Translations under genes and position numbers: made by a program
NCBI GenBank assembly: GCA_038064355.1
Contig: JBBTTG010000037.1
Location: 1 to 38,379 of the forward strand
DNA length: 38,379 nucleotides
Direction: 5' to 3'
Origin: Patescibacteria group bacterium
GTDB taxonomy: Bacteria; Patescibacteriota; Patescibacteriia; GWA2-47-26
Shown: positions 1-7,616 of the stretch, piece after piece
Layout of the letters: the number at the start of each line of letters is the position of its first letter
Numbering within the stretch: position 1 is the first letter of the stretch
The notes under the pieces: generated by a model
What the model was told of the DNA's origin: nothing
Databases searched by the model: none
The model's input: only the letters and a program-made list of their open reading frames with translations

Positions 1-28
1 CGATGGCGGCAATGATGGAGAGAGGCAT
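1..28 (-). CDS. folA: Dihydrofolate reductase, N-terminal fragment (runs off window edge)
   Basis: Reverse complement reads ATG CCT CTC TCC ATC ATT GCC GCC ATC = MPLSIIAAI, a typical DHFR start, directly downstream of thyA (common thyA-folA order). Only 9 codons are visible. Confidence 0.65.
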
Positions 29-59
29 ATCAAATTCAAACGTAGAAAAACTTTTTATC

Positions 60-159
60 GTCACCCCGCACTTGATGCGGGGTACATACCTGGATTCCCG
101 CTCCCCGATGCCGCTCGAGGACAAGCTTCGGGGGACTGACACACGGGGAGGGAATGACA
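60..159. repeat. REP-like palindromic element (GTCA...GGAATGAC family) with nested hairpins
   Basis: gtcACCCCGCActtgaTGCGGGGT hairpin, then tggattcccgc...gggaatgaca arms enclosing a tccccga...tcggggga stem; intergenic between thyA and folA. Confidence 0.7.
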
Positions 160-164
160 ATTGA

Positions 165-1037
165 TTACACCGCTATATCAAACACGATCTTCGGGTAGCT
201 CTGATAATTCACAAGCTCTGAATCCTCCGCCTTCCAATCGAAAATGGAGGTGAAATTTTTCGTTCCAATGGTGGGCAATGGATACGTATTCGGATCGCGG
301 GAGAGCTGTTCTTTGGCGCCGTCCACATGATTGACGTAGATATGCGTATCCGCCAAAAATCCGACGAGCTTCCCCTCATTGAGTCCGGATTCTTTTGCGA
401 GAAGGTGCAAGAGCAACGCGTAACTGGCGATGTTGAACGGAAGACCGAGCATGGTATCCACCGACCGCTGATTCCAAAGAAGATTCAGTTTTCCATTGAT
501 CACCGTCACCTGAAACGAATAATGGCACGGGGGCAAGGCCATCTCGGGAATCGCCATGGGATTCCACGCCGAGACGATCATGCGCCGATCATCCGGACTG
601 GATTTGAGTTTTTGAACAACGGCCGCGAGCTGATCCACGCCCTTCCCTAAATAGTCGCTGGCATAAGAATCATACGGGGCACCGAAATGCCGCCACTGGA
701 AGCCATAAATAGGCCCAAGATCGCGTTCCCCCGTCATCTTCGCCTTTGCCGCCTCATCATGCCCATAAGGGGCCCTTTTCGGACTCGCCCATTCATCCCA
801 GATATGATTCCCTTTCTCCTTCAGCCACTCTTTATCGGAAAGCCCTTTGATAAAAAACTCAAGCTCGCTTTTGATCCCTTTGAAAAACACCTTCTTGGTC
901 GTGAGAACCGGAAAACCCTTGGCCATGTCATGCTCAAACATGACGCCCGCAACCGTAATCGCGTCCACTCTGGTGCGATTGGACTTCCTCTCCCCCGTGT
1001 CGAGTATGTGCCTGACGATATTGAGATAGGATTTCAT
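165..1037 (-). CDS. thyA: Thymidylate synthase
   Basis: DLGPIYGFQWRHF, RRMIVSAWNP, MALPPCH (catalytic Cys), QRSVD, GLPFNIASY, DTHIY motifs. Confidence 0.98.
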   Translation of the reverse strand: MKSYLNIVRHILDTGERKSNRTRVDAITVAGVMFEHDMAKGFPVLTTKKVFFKGIKSELEFFIKGLSDKEWLKEKGNHIWDEWASPKRAPYGHDEAAKAKMTGERDLGPIYGFQWRHFGAPYDSYASDYLGKGVDQLAAVVQKLKSSPDDRRMIVSAWNPMAIPEMALPPCHYSFQVTVINGKLNLLWNQRSVDTMLGLPFNIASYALLLHLLAKESGLNEGKLVGFLADTHIYVNHVDGAKEQLSRDPNTYPLPTIGTKNFTSIFDWKAEDSELVNYQSYPKIVFDIAV

Positions 1038-1039
1038 AA

Positions 1040-1074
1040 CTCATTTCTCATTACTCATTACTCATTACTCATTG
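1040..1074. repeat. Tandem heptamer array (CTCATTA)x5
   Basis: ctcattt ctcatta ctcatta ctcatta ctcattg immediately upstream of the thyA start codon. Confidence 0.9.
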
Positions 1075-1143
1075 CCCTTCGACTCCGTCCCGAAAACGTT
1101 CGAGACTTCGCTCAGGGAATATATGGTGAGCTTGTCGAACCAC
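1075..1143. repeat. REP-like palindromic element (CCCTTCGAC...GCTCAGGG...GAGCTTGTCGAA)
   Basis: cccttcgact...cgctcaggga and ttcgac/gtcgaa complementary arms; flanked on both sides by heptamer-like repeats. Confidence 0.6.
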
Positions 1144-1162
1144 ATTCTCCCTTCTCCATTCT

Positions 1163-1462
1163 TCATTTCCGGCGCGCCCATTTCTCCATATCTTTCTTAA
1201 TCTTCATGAGCTCTGAACGGGTCGGGATATCAAGCTCTTTCAAGACACCCTTCACGGCCTTTTCAACCGCGGCTATGATTTCATTTTTCCCGCCCTCGAT
1301 TTTCGCGGCTGTTTTTTCCACAAACTCCGCCGCCTCGGTCTTGGACATTTTTCCCTCCTCTATCAGTTCTTTTATAATCTCGCGTTTCCGTGTTTTGGTT
1401 AAAGACATGGCACCGACCACGGCAAGCCCGGCGCGCTCAAAAACGTTTTTCACCTTAGACAT
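1163..1462 (-). CDS. Phasin-family / PHA granule-associated-like small protein
   Basis: GLAVVGA...LIEEGKMSKTEA...LKELDIPTRSEL..IKK pattern typical of phasin-superfamily proteins. Confidence 0.7.
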   Translation of the reverse strand: MSKVKNVFERAGLAVVGAMSLTKTRKREIIKELIEEGKMSKTEAAEFVEKTAAKIEGGKNEIIAAVEKAVKGVLKELDIPTRSELMKIKKDMEKWARRK

Positions 1463-1510
1463 ATTCTCGAGAATTAAAAGGAATTAAACGCTTTGTCTAT
1501 CGTAACATAA

Positions 1511-1540
1511 TTGACCAATCGCCTCAAACTCGGCTACAAT
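1511..1540 (+). promoter_or_regulatory. Putative sigma70 promoter of the large secreted protein gene
   Basis: TTGACC-18 bp-TACAAT, about 40 bp upstream of ATG 1583. Confidence 0.45.
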
Positions 1541-1582
1541 GAGTCAATATTCTCACCCATCAACCCATTACCACCATCTTCT

Positions 1583-3970
1583 ATGACAAACCGTCTTCTC
1601 TCTCTTACGGCAAGCATATTCATCACCCTGGTGCCTCTTACCATTCTGGCTCAAACATCAACCGGCACCTTTGTCGAGGAATTTAAATCCCTCTCCAAGA
1701 TAAACGATAAGAATACCTATGCCATAGTGAACACGACGGAGCAAACCGTCACGCTCCCCCGGCGGTATGCTTTCTCGAACCACACCAAGGGTCTTCAAAA
1801 TCTGACCCGTACCTCTATCACCGCTGTTGCCGATGACGGCACGAGTGTCATGGTGGGAGGCGCAAACGGAGCACTCAATCTCATCAGCCAGGGCGGCTCG
1901 GCCGAAGACCTGACCGGACTCCTCGCGGGAAAATCCAAAAAGATAAACGCGATCGGCTATTCCTTGGGCGGGAGCTTCTGGCTCGTGGGCGGCGAAGCCA
2001 AAGAGCGAAACGGCGGAGCGCTCCTGGTGAAACTTGTTCCGGGAGGGCTCAAAACCGAAGACCTCCAGGCGCTTGCCAAGGATATGAAAATGGAAACCGT
2101 GACGGATATCGCCTGCATGGAGGATGGGTGCCTTTTGGCCGGAACCCCGGCGAAACTCGCGTTCTATGACGGCACGGGACTGCGCGACTTGAGCGCCGCG
2201 GAAGGATTTTCCGCGAGCGATCCGATACGCGTCGCATCAAACGGCGTAGCATGGTTTATCGCCGCAACGGCCCGCACGCTTGGTGACAATAAAAAAACAA
2301 CGTATCCGGTCGTTGGCTACACCTTCGACGGCGACTCTCTGCATCGGGTGTCATTCCCCTCAACCAGCGTTGGCACGAGCGCCGGATCGGTTGATGTCGC
2401 GTGGAACGGAACGGAATGGCTCATCGTACAGGGAAAGCCTGTTTTTGCCGCCTGGCGCATCAGCACCGAACCAGCCACGGAAATCACCAAAACGATCGCG
2501 AGTTTTGTTGAAAAGAAATCTCTTGACCCGATTATCGGATCCTCGGGAAAGCAGTGGCTCATTGCCGCAAAACAATGGAAGGGGCTCTTGACACTCTCCG
2601 GCGATGCGGCGGAGGACGTGTCATTGCAGATACCGGATATAAACGGCGCTATCTTCTCCGCCATCACGCCCGGCCCCTGGGGCAATACCCTCATTGCCGG
2701 CAACGTCGGCGGGGCTACTCTTTTGGCGGGAGTGGGCATTGAGGGATATGTTGGCTCCTCGGCGATTGAATCCACCAAGACAGCAAGTGTCAGTGGAAAA
2801 AATATCACCAAGGTCATCCTCTCTGCTGAAAGCGAAACGCCCGCCGGCACCGGCATCACCTATTTGGTGGGCACCGGTGAAAATCGCTGGGAGTCCATAG
2901 AAGTAGGCAAAGAAAAAATCCTGGTCAACCAGGGAAATGCCTTATACTGGCGCGCCGTCCTCTACAGCGAAAATCCGAATCTCACGCCGCGGCTTTCGAA
3001 ACTCTCTCTGGCGTATAACGCGGAAACTCCGGACAGTATCACCCTGGTGCGCTCACGAGACTCCAAGCGTGTCAGTGATATCGGCAAGGTGAACAGCGCG
3101 CTGGTAAAATTCAAAAATTCGCGCGGCATCTATCCGGTGGTCGACGGTGCCACCGAAAATACCCGCTGGCAACAGCTCGCAACCCTTCTCAAGAACGGTG
3201 ATTTTCTCTCAACTCTCCCTGATGACCCCCAGCACGCGGAAAACACTGATCGGCAATATGACTACATCTCCCGAGGAGATGGGAGCCAGTATGTCTTGCG
3301 CACGGTCATGGAGGAAAACGCCGGCGGCAATAAATCTCTTTCCAAAGATATCGACGGCGTACCATTTCTTTTCGCGCAAGCCGCCTACTCCTGCGATGAC
3401 CCAGTCTATTGCGTTGGTACGAACACAGTACCGGCCACCACCACGGCCACCGCAACAAAATCCACGCCGTCGTCCTCCGCCGCCGCCCCGATATTCACGG
3501 TCGTAAAAGACCCGAGCGGCAAAGTCTGGCGCATCATCGATGGCAGGAAACTCTATTGGCCATCCGCTTCCCTTCTCTCCACCTTCCGCGCGTCGCCCAA
3601 GCTTTTGGCGCCCGGAGAAATCGAGCAATATCCCCGTGTCCGACTGATTAAAATCGCGGGAAAGCCGGAAGTCTATGCCATAACGAGCCGAGATCAAAAA
3701 CGGCTCATCCCCTCCTGGGAATCCTTCGTGAGTTACGGCTATCAATCAAAAGACATCATGGAAATTACCGGCAAGGAGCTTGGGGCGCTCGGAGACAATA
3801 TCCTCATAAAACTGGATGGCGACAATCGGGTATGGAAAATCGAAGCAAAGAAAAGACGCCTTGTCTCAAATCCGACAGTCTTTACCAAGCTCCGTTTTCG
3901 ATGGGAAGATATCTCGACCGTCAATGTGGCCGAGTTCCAGTCGCATACAGAAGGGACGCCGCTGAAGTGA
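1583..3970 (+). CDS. Large secreted/surface protein: beta-rich region, internal pilin/GspG-like domain, Thr/Ser linker, three C-terminal repeats
   Basis: Signal-peptide-like N-terminus (MTNRLLSLTASIFITLVPLTILAQ); repeated W-hydrophobic-G strands suggesting a propeller; RSRDSKRVSDI...IYP...LPDDP...YDY...CDDPVYC; TTTATATKS linker; three LIKxxGxPxVYxI...KRxI repeats. Start moved from TTG 1511 to ATG 1583. Confidence 0.85.
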   Translation: MTNRLLSLTASIFITLVPLTILAQTSTGTFVEEFKSLSKINDKNTYAIVNTTEQTVTLPRRYAFSNHTKGLQNLTRTSITAVADDGTSVMVGGANGALNLISQGGSAEDLTGLLAGKSKKINAIGYSLGGSFWLVGGEAKERNGGALLVKLVPGGLKTEDLQALAKDMKMETVTDIACMEDGCLLAGTPAKLAFYDGTGLRDLSAAEGFSASDPIRVASNGVAWFIAATARTLGDNKKTTYPVVGYTFDGDSLHRVSFPSTSVGTSAGSVDVAWNGTEWLIVQGKPVFAAWRISTEPATEITKTIASFVEKKSLDPIIGSSGKQWLIAAKQWKGLLTLSGDAAEDVSLQIPDINGAIFSAITPGPWGNTLIAGNVGGATLLAGVGIEGYVGSSAIESTKTASVSGKNITKVILSAESETPAGTGITYLVGTGENRWESIEVGKEKILVNQGNALYWRAVLYSENPNLTPRLSKLSLAYNAETPDSITLVRSRDSKRVSDIGKVNSALVKFKNSRGIYPVVDGATENTRWQQLATLLKNGDFLSTLPDDPQHAENTDRQYDYISRGDGSQYVLRTVMEENAGGNKSLSKDIDGVPFLFAQAAYSCDDPVYCVGTNTVPATTTATATKSTPSSSAAAPIFTVVKDPSGKVWRIIDGRKLYWPSASLLSTFRASPKLLAPGEIEQYPRVRLIKIAGKPEVYAITSRDQKRLIPSWESFVSYGYQSKDIMEITGKELGALGDNILIKLDGDNRVWKIEAKKRRLVSNPTVFTKLRFRWEDISTVNVAEFQSHTEGTPLK

Positions 3971-3971
3971 T

Positions 3972-4832
3972 ATGATCGCGATTGATGGAAAAAAAATCGC
4001 CAAGGCGATACGCGAGACAATTAAGACGCACGTGGCCGGCATGAATGTAAAACCCGGACTTGCCGCCATACTCATCGGCGCCGATCCGGCTTCGCACTTG
4101 TATGTTACACTCAAAGAACGCGCCTGCGCCGAGGCGGGCATTCACTTTGAAAAGCATCTTTTTTTTGCTTCCGAACCCGAGGAAAAAATACTGGAAAAAG
4201 TGCGCGAGCTCAACGGCCGACGCGAGATTCACGGCATTCTCATCCAGCTTCCCCTGCCCGGGAACCTCAACGAAAACACCATCATCGCCGCCATGGATCC
4301 GCGCAAGGATGTTGACGGTTTTCATCCGGACAATCAAAAACTCTCCTTGAAGGGCGAATCAAACATTGAACCTGTGATCATCAAAGCGATCATGGCGCTC
4401 ATTCATTCGACGGGAATATCCCTCGCGGGAAAATCCGCCGTGATTATCGCCAACAGCACAACATTCTCTCAACCGGTTGAGGCATCACTCGCCCGCCAAA
4501 ATATCCGCACCAAGGTCGTCCTCTACCGTCCCGATACATTTACCGTCGGCGCGCTTGAACAAGCCGACATTATTATCACGGCGGTCGGCAAACCAAAACT
4601 TTTTTCCGCACGCCACGCCAAAGACGGAAGCGTCATCATTGATATTGGCACCACGCGCATCAATGCCGGCACAGAAGATGAACCCATTTGGAAAACCGTT
4701 GGTGATGTGGACGCCGAGGGCGCGGAAAACAAAAATATTTTCCTCACCCCCGTCCCGGGCGGCGTGGGCCCGGTCACTGTGGCAATGCTTCTCGAAAGTG
4801 TCGTGAAACTTGCGACCCAAAAATTTCAATAA
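3972..4832 (+). CDS. folD: Bifunctional methylenetetrahydrofolate dehydrogenase/cyclohydrolase
   Basis: IDGKKIA, PASHLYV, GILIQLPLP, KDVDGFHP, GDVD, TPVPGGVGPVTVAML. Confidence 0.97.
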   Translation: MIAIDGKKIAKAIRETIKTHVAGMNVKPGLAAILIGADPASHLYVTLKERACAEAGIHFEKHLFFASEPEEKILEKVRELNGRREIHGILIQLPLPGNLNENTIIAAMDPRKDVDGFHPDNQKLSLKGESNIEPVIIKAIMALIHSTGISLAGKSAVIIANSTTFSQPVEASLARQNIRTKVVLYRPDTFTVGALEQADIIITAVGKPKLFSARHAKDGSVIIDIGTTRINAGTEDEPIWKTVGDVDAEGAENKNIFLTPVPGGVGPVTVAMLLESVVKLATQKFQ

Positions 4833-4868
4833 AGGTTCCTCATGCTAAGCCCCGAGCGAAGCCGCAAT

Positions 4869-4895
4869 AAAAAAACCCGATCAAAACTGATCGGG
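4869..4895 (-). terminator. Intrinsic terminator for the 4937-5473 gene
   Basis: Minus strand reads CCCGATCA-gttt-TGATCGGG followed by T7. Confidence 0.75.
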
Positions 4896-4936
4896 CCCGA
4901 ATCGAGAACTGTCGCGCCAAGAGAGCGGCGGTGATT

Positions 4937-5473
4937 TTAATGTGCACCCACTACAAGGATACGGTGTTCATGCCAAAAAAACGCACGCCCAAAATCGCAC
5001 GGCTGAAAACACCTTTCCGGAAGTCCATGGATTCTTCGCCTCTGCAATTGCCAAAAAACTTTCTGCATGGTTTGGGGGGAGAACAATCTCAAAACCAGCA
5101 AACCGCACAGATATCTTTTGTCCAAAATCTCGGCAACCTTCTCCATCCTTGGAACGGGATCATTTTCCCATGCTTCTCTCTCCCAAAAAACTTCCTTATA
5201 ACCAGGCAGGTAGATACCCGGCCATAGACTCATATAAGCGTCGAGGGAATCAATCCACCGTGGATCGCCGGGATCGTGAGTCAGTGGGTTGCTCCAAATT
5301 GGGAAACCCACTTCACCCTCATCCATGCTCTTGGGACGAAACAACTTTCCGTCCCACACGCGATAGAAACGTTTGTTCCCATGCGCGAGATACTCTTTCC
5401 ATAAGACTTGTGAACAACGTTGCACCTCTTTCGAGAAGCAAACGCCCAAAATGTCAAAGATCGATATTCGCAT
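4937..5473 (-). CDS. Hypothetical Trp-rich protein (178 aa)
   Basis: ORF with GGAGG Shine-Dalgarno 7 nt before ATG 5473, a near-consensus promoter upstream and a terminator downstream; no family recognised. Confidence 0.75.
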   Translation of the reverse strand: MRISIFDILGVCFSKEVQRCSQVLWKEYLAHGNKRFYRVWDGKLFRPKSMDEGEVGFPIWSNPLTHDPGDPRWIDSLDAYMSLWPGIYLPGYKEVFWEREAWENDPVPRMEKVAEILDKRYLCGLLVLRLFSPQTMQKVFWQLQRRRIHGLPERCFQPCDFGRAFFWHEHRILVVGAH

Positions 5474-5491
5474 GGTTTTTCCTCCATGACC

Positions 5492-5520
5492 ATCATAGTA
5501 ATCCAACCATGTCTTGTCAA
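5492..5520 (-). promoter_or_regulatory. Sigma70 promoter
   Basis: TTGACA-17 bp-TATGAT on the minus strand. Confidence 0.75.
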
Positions 5521-5559
5521 GAGTATGGGCTTCTTTGCACGCTGTTGTTTGTTCGCCCC

Positions 5560-6102
5560 CTACGGCAAAAGCACCGCCACCGAAATCACCGTCGTCCAGA
5601 GACCATTCTTGTCGCCGATGGCCGATTGTGCGATATTGAACGTCTTAAAAATTTTTCCGCTCGCTTTGTATTGCTGTTCCCTCTCATCCCACGCTATGGC
5701 GGGATCGAGGTCGATGCCAAGCACGGTCGCAAGCATGGAAGCCGCGAGATCTTCCGCGTACTCCCCCGCTTTTTCTTCGGTTTCGCCAAAAGTATGATGC
5801 TCGGATAGATAACCATGCGCGTCTTTTTCCGCCGGAAGCGCCACGCCGATCGAAGTCGCCATCAAACGATTCGGCTCATTGCTCTCCAGGCGCGCCATGA
5901 CGCAAAACGTAATTTGCCCGGCCGTGATGGCAGCTATCCCCTCCTCTCGGCTGATTTTTTTGCATCCGGCCGGAAAAATACTCGAAACTGTGACGAGATT
6001 GCACTTGGCTATGCCCGCGTCGCGCAAGGCCATCTCAAATGAAGTTAAACGCTCTTTATGGCGTCCGACGCCTTTTGTAAAAAATATCTTTGTTGGAATC
6101 AT
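5560..6102 (-). CDS. pdaD: Pyruvoyl-dependent arginine decarboxylase
   Basis: [32 protein letters not shown] (Ser-Ser autocleavage site), [18 protein letters not shown]. Confidence 0.93.
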   Translation of the reverse strand: MIPTKIFFTKGVGRHKERLTSFEMALRDAGIAKCNLVTVSSIFPAGCKKISREEGIAAITAGQITFCVMARLESNEPNRLMATSIGVALPAEKDAHGYLSEHHTFGETEEKAGEYAEDLAASMLATVLGIDLDPAIAWDEREQQYKASGKIFKTFNIAQSAIGDKNGLWTTVISVAVLLP

Positions 6103-6109
6103 ATATCTG

Positions 6110-6286
6110 TAGGACTTACGCGTTTGACCAAGGTCGAGGCAAAAGGCGAGGATGTTGCGAGGCGTAGTAGAGCTACGGCGAGCAAGAGCAGAGCCTTTTA
6201 ACGAAGAGATTGGTCAAACCCCTGTGGCTTCCGCCATGGGAAGTTCCACAATTACAGGACTCCCGGGCGGAAGCGCGTAAGTCCTA
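6110..6286 (-). mobile_element. MITE copy 1 (177 bp)
   Basis: TIRs TAGGACTTACGCG(T/C)TT; 5-bp direct repeat ATCTG at 6105-6109 and 6287-6291; reverse complement of 27786-27962 with one substitution seen. Confidence 0.92.
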
Positions 6287-6396
6287 ATCTGTATAAATCT
6301 CTCGCTCAAAAATTATGCCACTATTATCTCTCATCCTCTTATTTTGTATAGATGTGGATAACTTTTACCCTCATGCCAACAATGTGGCGTGACGGG

Positions 6397-7515
6397 TTAC
6401 AGCCGAGAAAAAATACCGATAATGAAAATCGCGGCTAAACCAAACGCCAGTGCCTGCCATGTGAAGCTCCCGCCCATGGCTTTTCCGCGCCGTGCCAGCA
6501 GGAGAAACATGAGCAGAATCAAAAGCGCTTCAATGCCGCCAAAAAGAGCGCCGCTATAATCGATCACCGAAATAAAATCGGTCGTCCCAAAGAGAAAAAA
6601 GAGAGCTGGAACCCCGACGGCAAATATCCAGGCGAAAACCGGCGGGAAGCGCAGATCATACTGAAATACCTCCTTAAGATTGACCCCCAAGACGAGATAA
6701 GAACTCGCGATGGCAAATACACCAAACGCAATAACGGCGAGAACTACGGCAAATGATCCGGGAACACCCTGCAACCCGGCAACCACCTCCGGAGTCGTGG
6801 AATGACCAGTTACAGCGACAATGGCCGAAGTAAAAAGAATGGTCAGCGCGAGTGAAATGAGCGACCCGAGTATAATCGCCCTTCGAACGACTCCGCGACG
6901 CCGTCCGACAATATCAATCATCCCCGGAACCGCCGAGGCGCCGCCCAGAGCAAAAAGTATGACCCCATAGGGCGCCAGGAATCGGACAAAATCCACCGAG
7001 GCCGTAAGGTTCCTCCAGTCTACTCGGGGGACCGCCCACAGTGAAATCACGGCAATAAGCGCAATCAAGCATCCGGCCATAACAAGCTCGGCTCGCTTGA
7101 ACACGGAAACCTTCCCGGCGATGAGCACCGCCATGACGGCGAAAAACCCGAGATGATAGAGGAGCGCGTCACCACCGAAAATCGGCGAGAGTAAAGTAAA
7201 AAGAAACTGTCCACCAACAATAATATAGGCCACCTGCGCACCCCAAAAACTCAAAATATTGAAAAGAGCGGCGGCGGCCATTCCGAATGGACCGAGATGA
7301 TACCACGCGTAGCCCACCAATCGATGCCGCCCTGGTGTGGCAAAAACAACCTCCGAATAAAAAAGACTCATGAGGAGGGTAACGCCACCAAGCAACAACA
7401 TCCAAAACACCCCCATAAAAAACCCCGCTTGTACGGTTACATACGGAACGCCAAAAATACCCACTCCAACGATCATCCCCACCATGGTTGCCGTGGCATA
7501 GAGAGTCTTGCTCAT
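6397..7515 (-). CDS. Amino acid permease (aromatic amino acid/HAAAP-like)
   Basis: GMIVGVGIFGVPY...GF N-terminal motif, about 11 hydrophobic segments, PYGVILFALGG, ASSYL. Start set at MSKTLY. Confidence 0.85.
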   Translation of the reverse strand: MSKTLYATATMVGMIVGVGIFGVPYVTVQAGFFMGVFWMLLLGGVTLLMSLFYSEVVFATPGRHRLVGYAWYHLGPFGMAAAALFNILSFWGAQVAYIIVGGQFLFTLLSPIFGGDALLYHLGFFAVMAVLIAGKVSVFKRAELVMAGCLIALIAVISLWAVPRVDWRNLTASVDFVRFLAPYGVILFALGGASAVPGMIDIVGRRRGVVRRAIILGSLISLALTILFTSAIVAVTGHSTTPEVVAGLQGVPGSFAVVLAVIAFGVFAIASSYLVLGVNLKEVFQYDLRFPPVFAWIFAVGVPALFFLFGTTDFISVIDYSGALFGGIEALLILLMFLLLARRGKAMGGSFTWQALAFGLAAIFIIGIFSRL

Positions 7516-7616
7516 AATGAAATGAGTATAGCAAAAACCAGCGGTTTTCACGAGAAAGATACACACAGTTTATCACCTTGACGATGACGGTATCGCTCCG
7601 ATACAGTGGCAACACT

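Noticed and set aside
687-1487. 266-aa plus-strand ORF
   Set aside because: Antisense shadow of thyA and the phasin-like gene, running through repeat DNA; no protein-like motifs.
4942-5808. 288-aa plus-strand ORF
   Set aside because: Antisense to pdaD and to the gene that has promoter, SD and terminator support.
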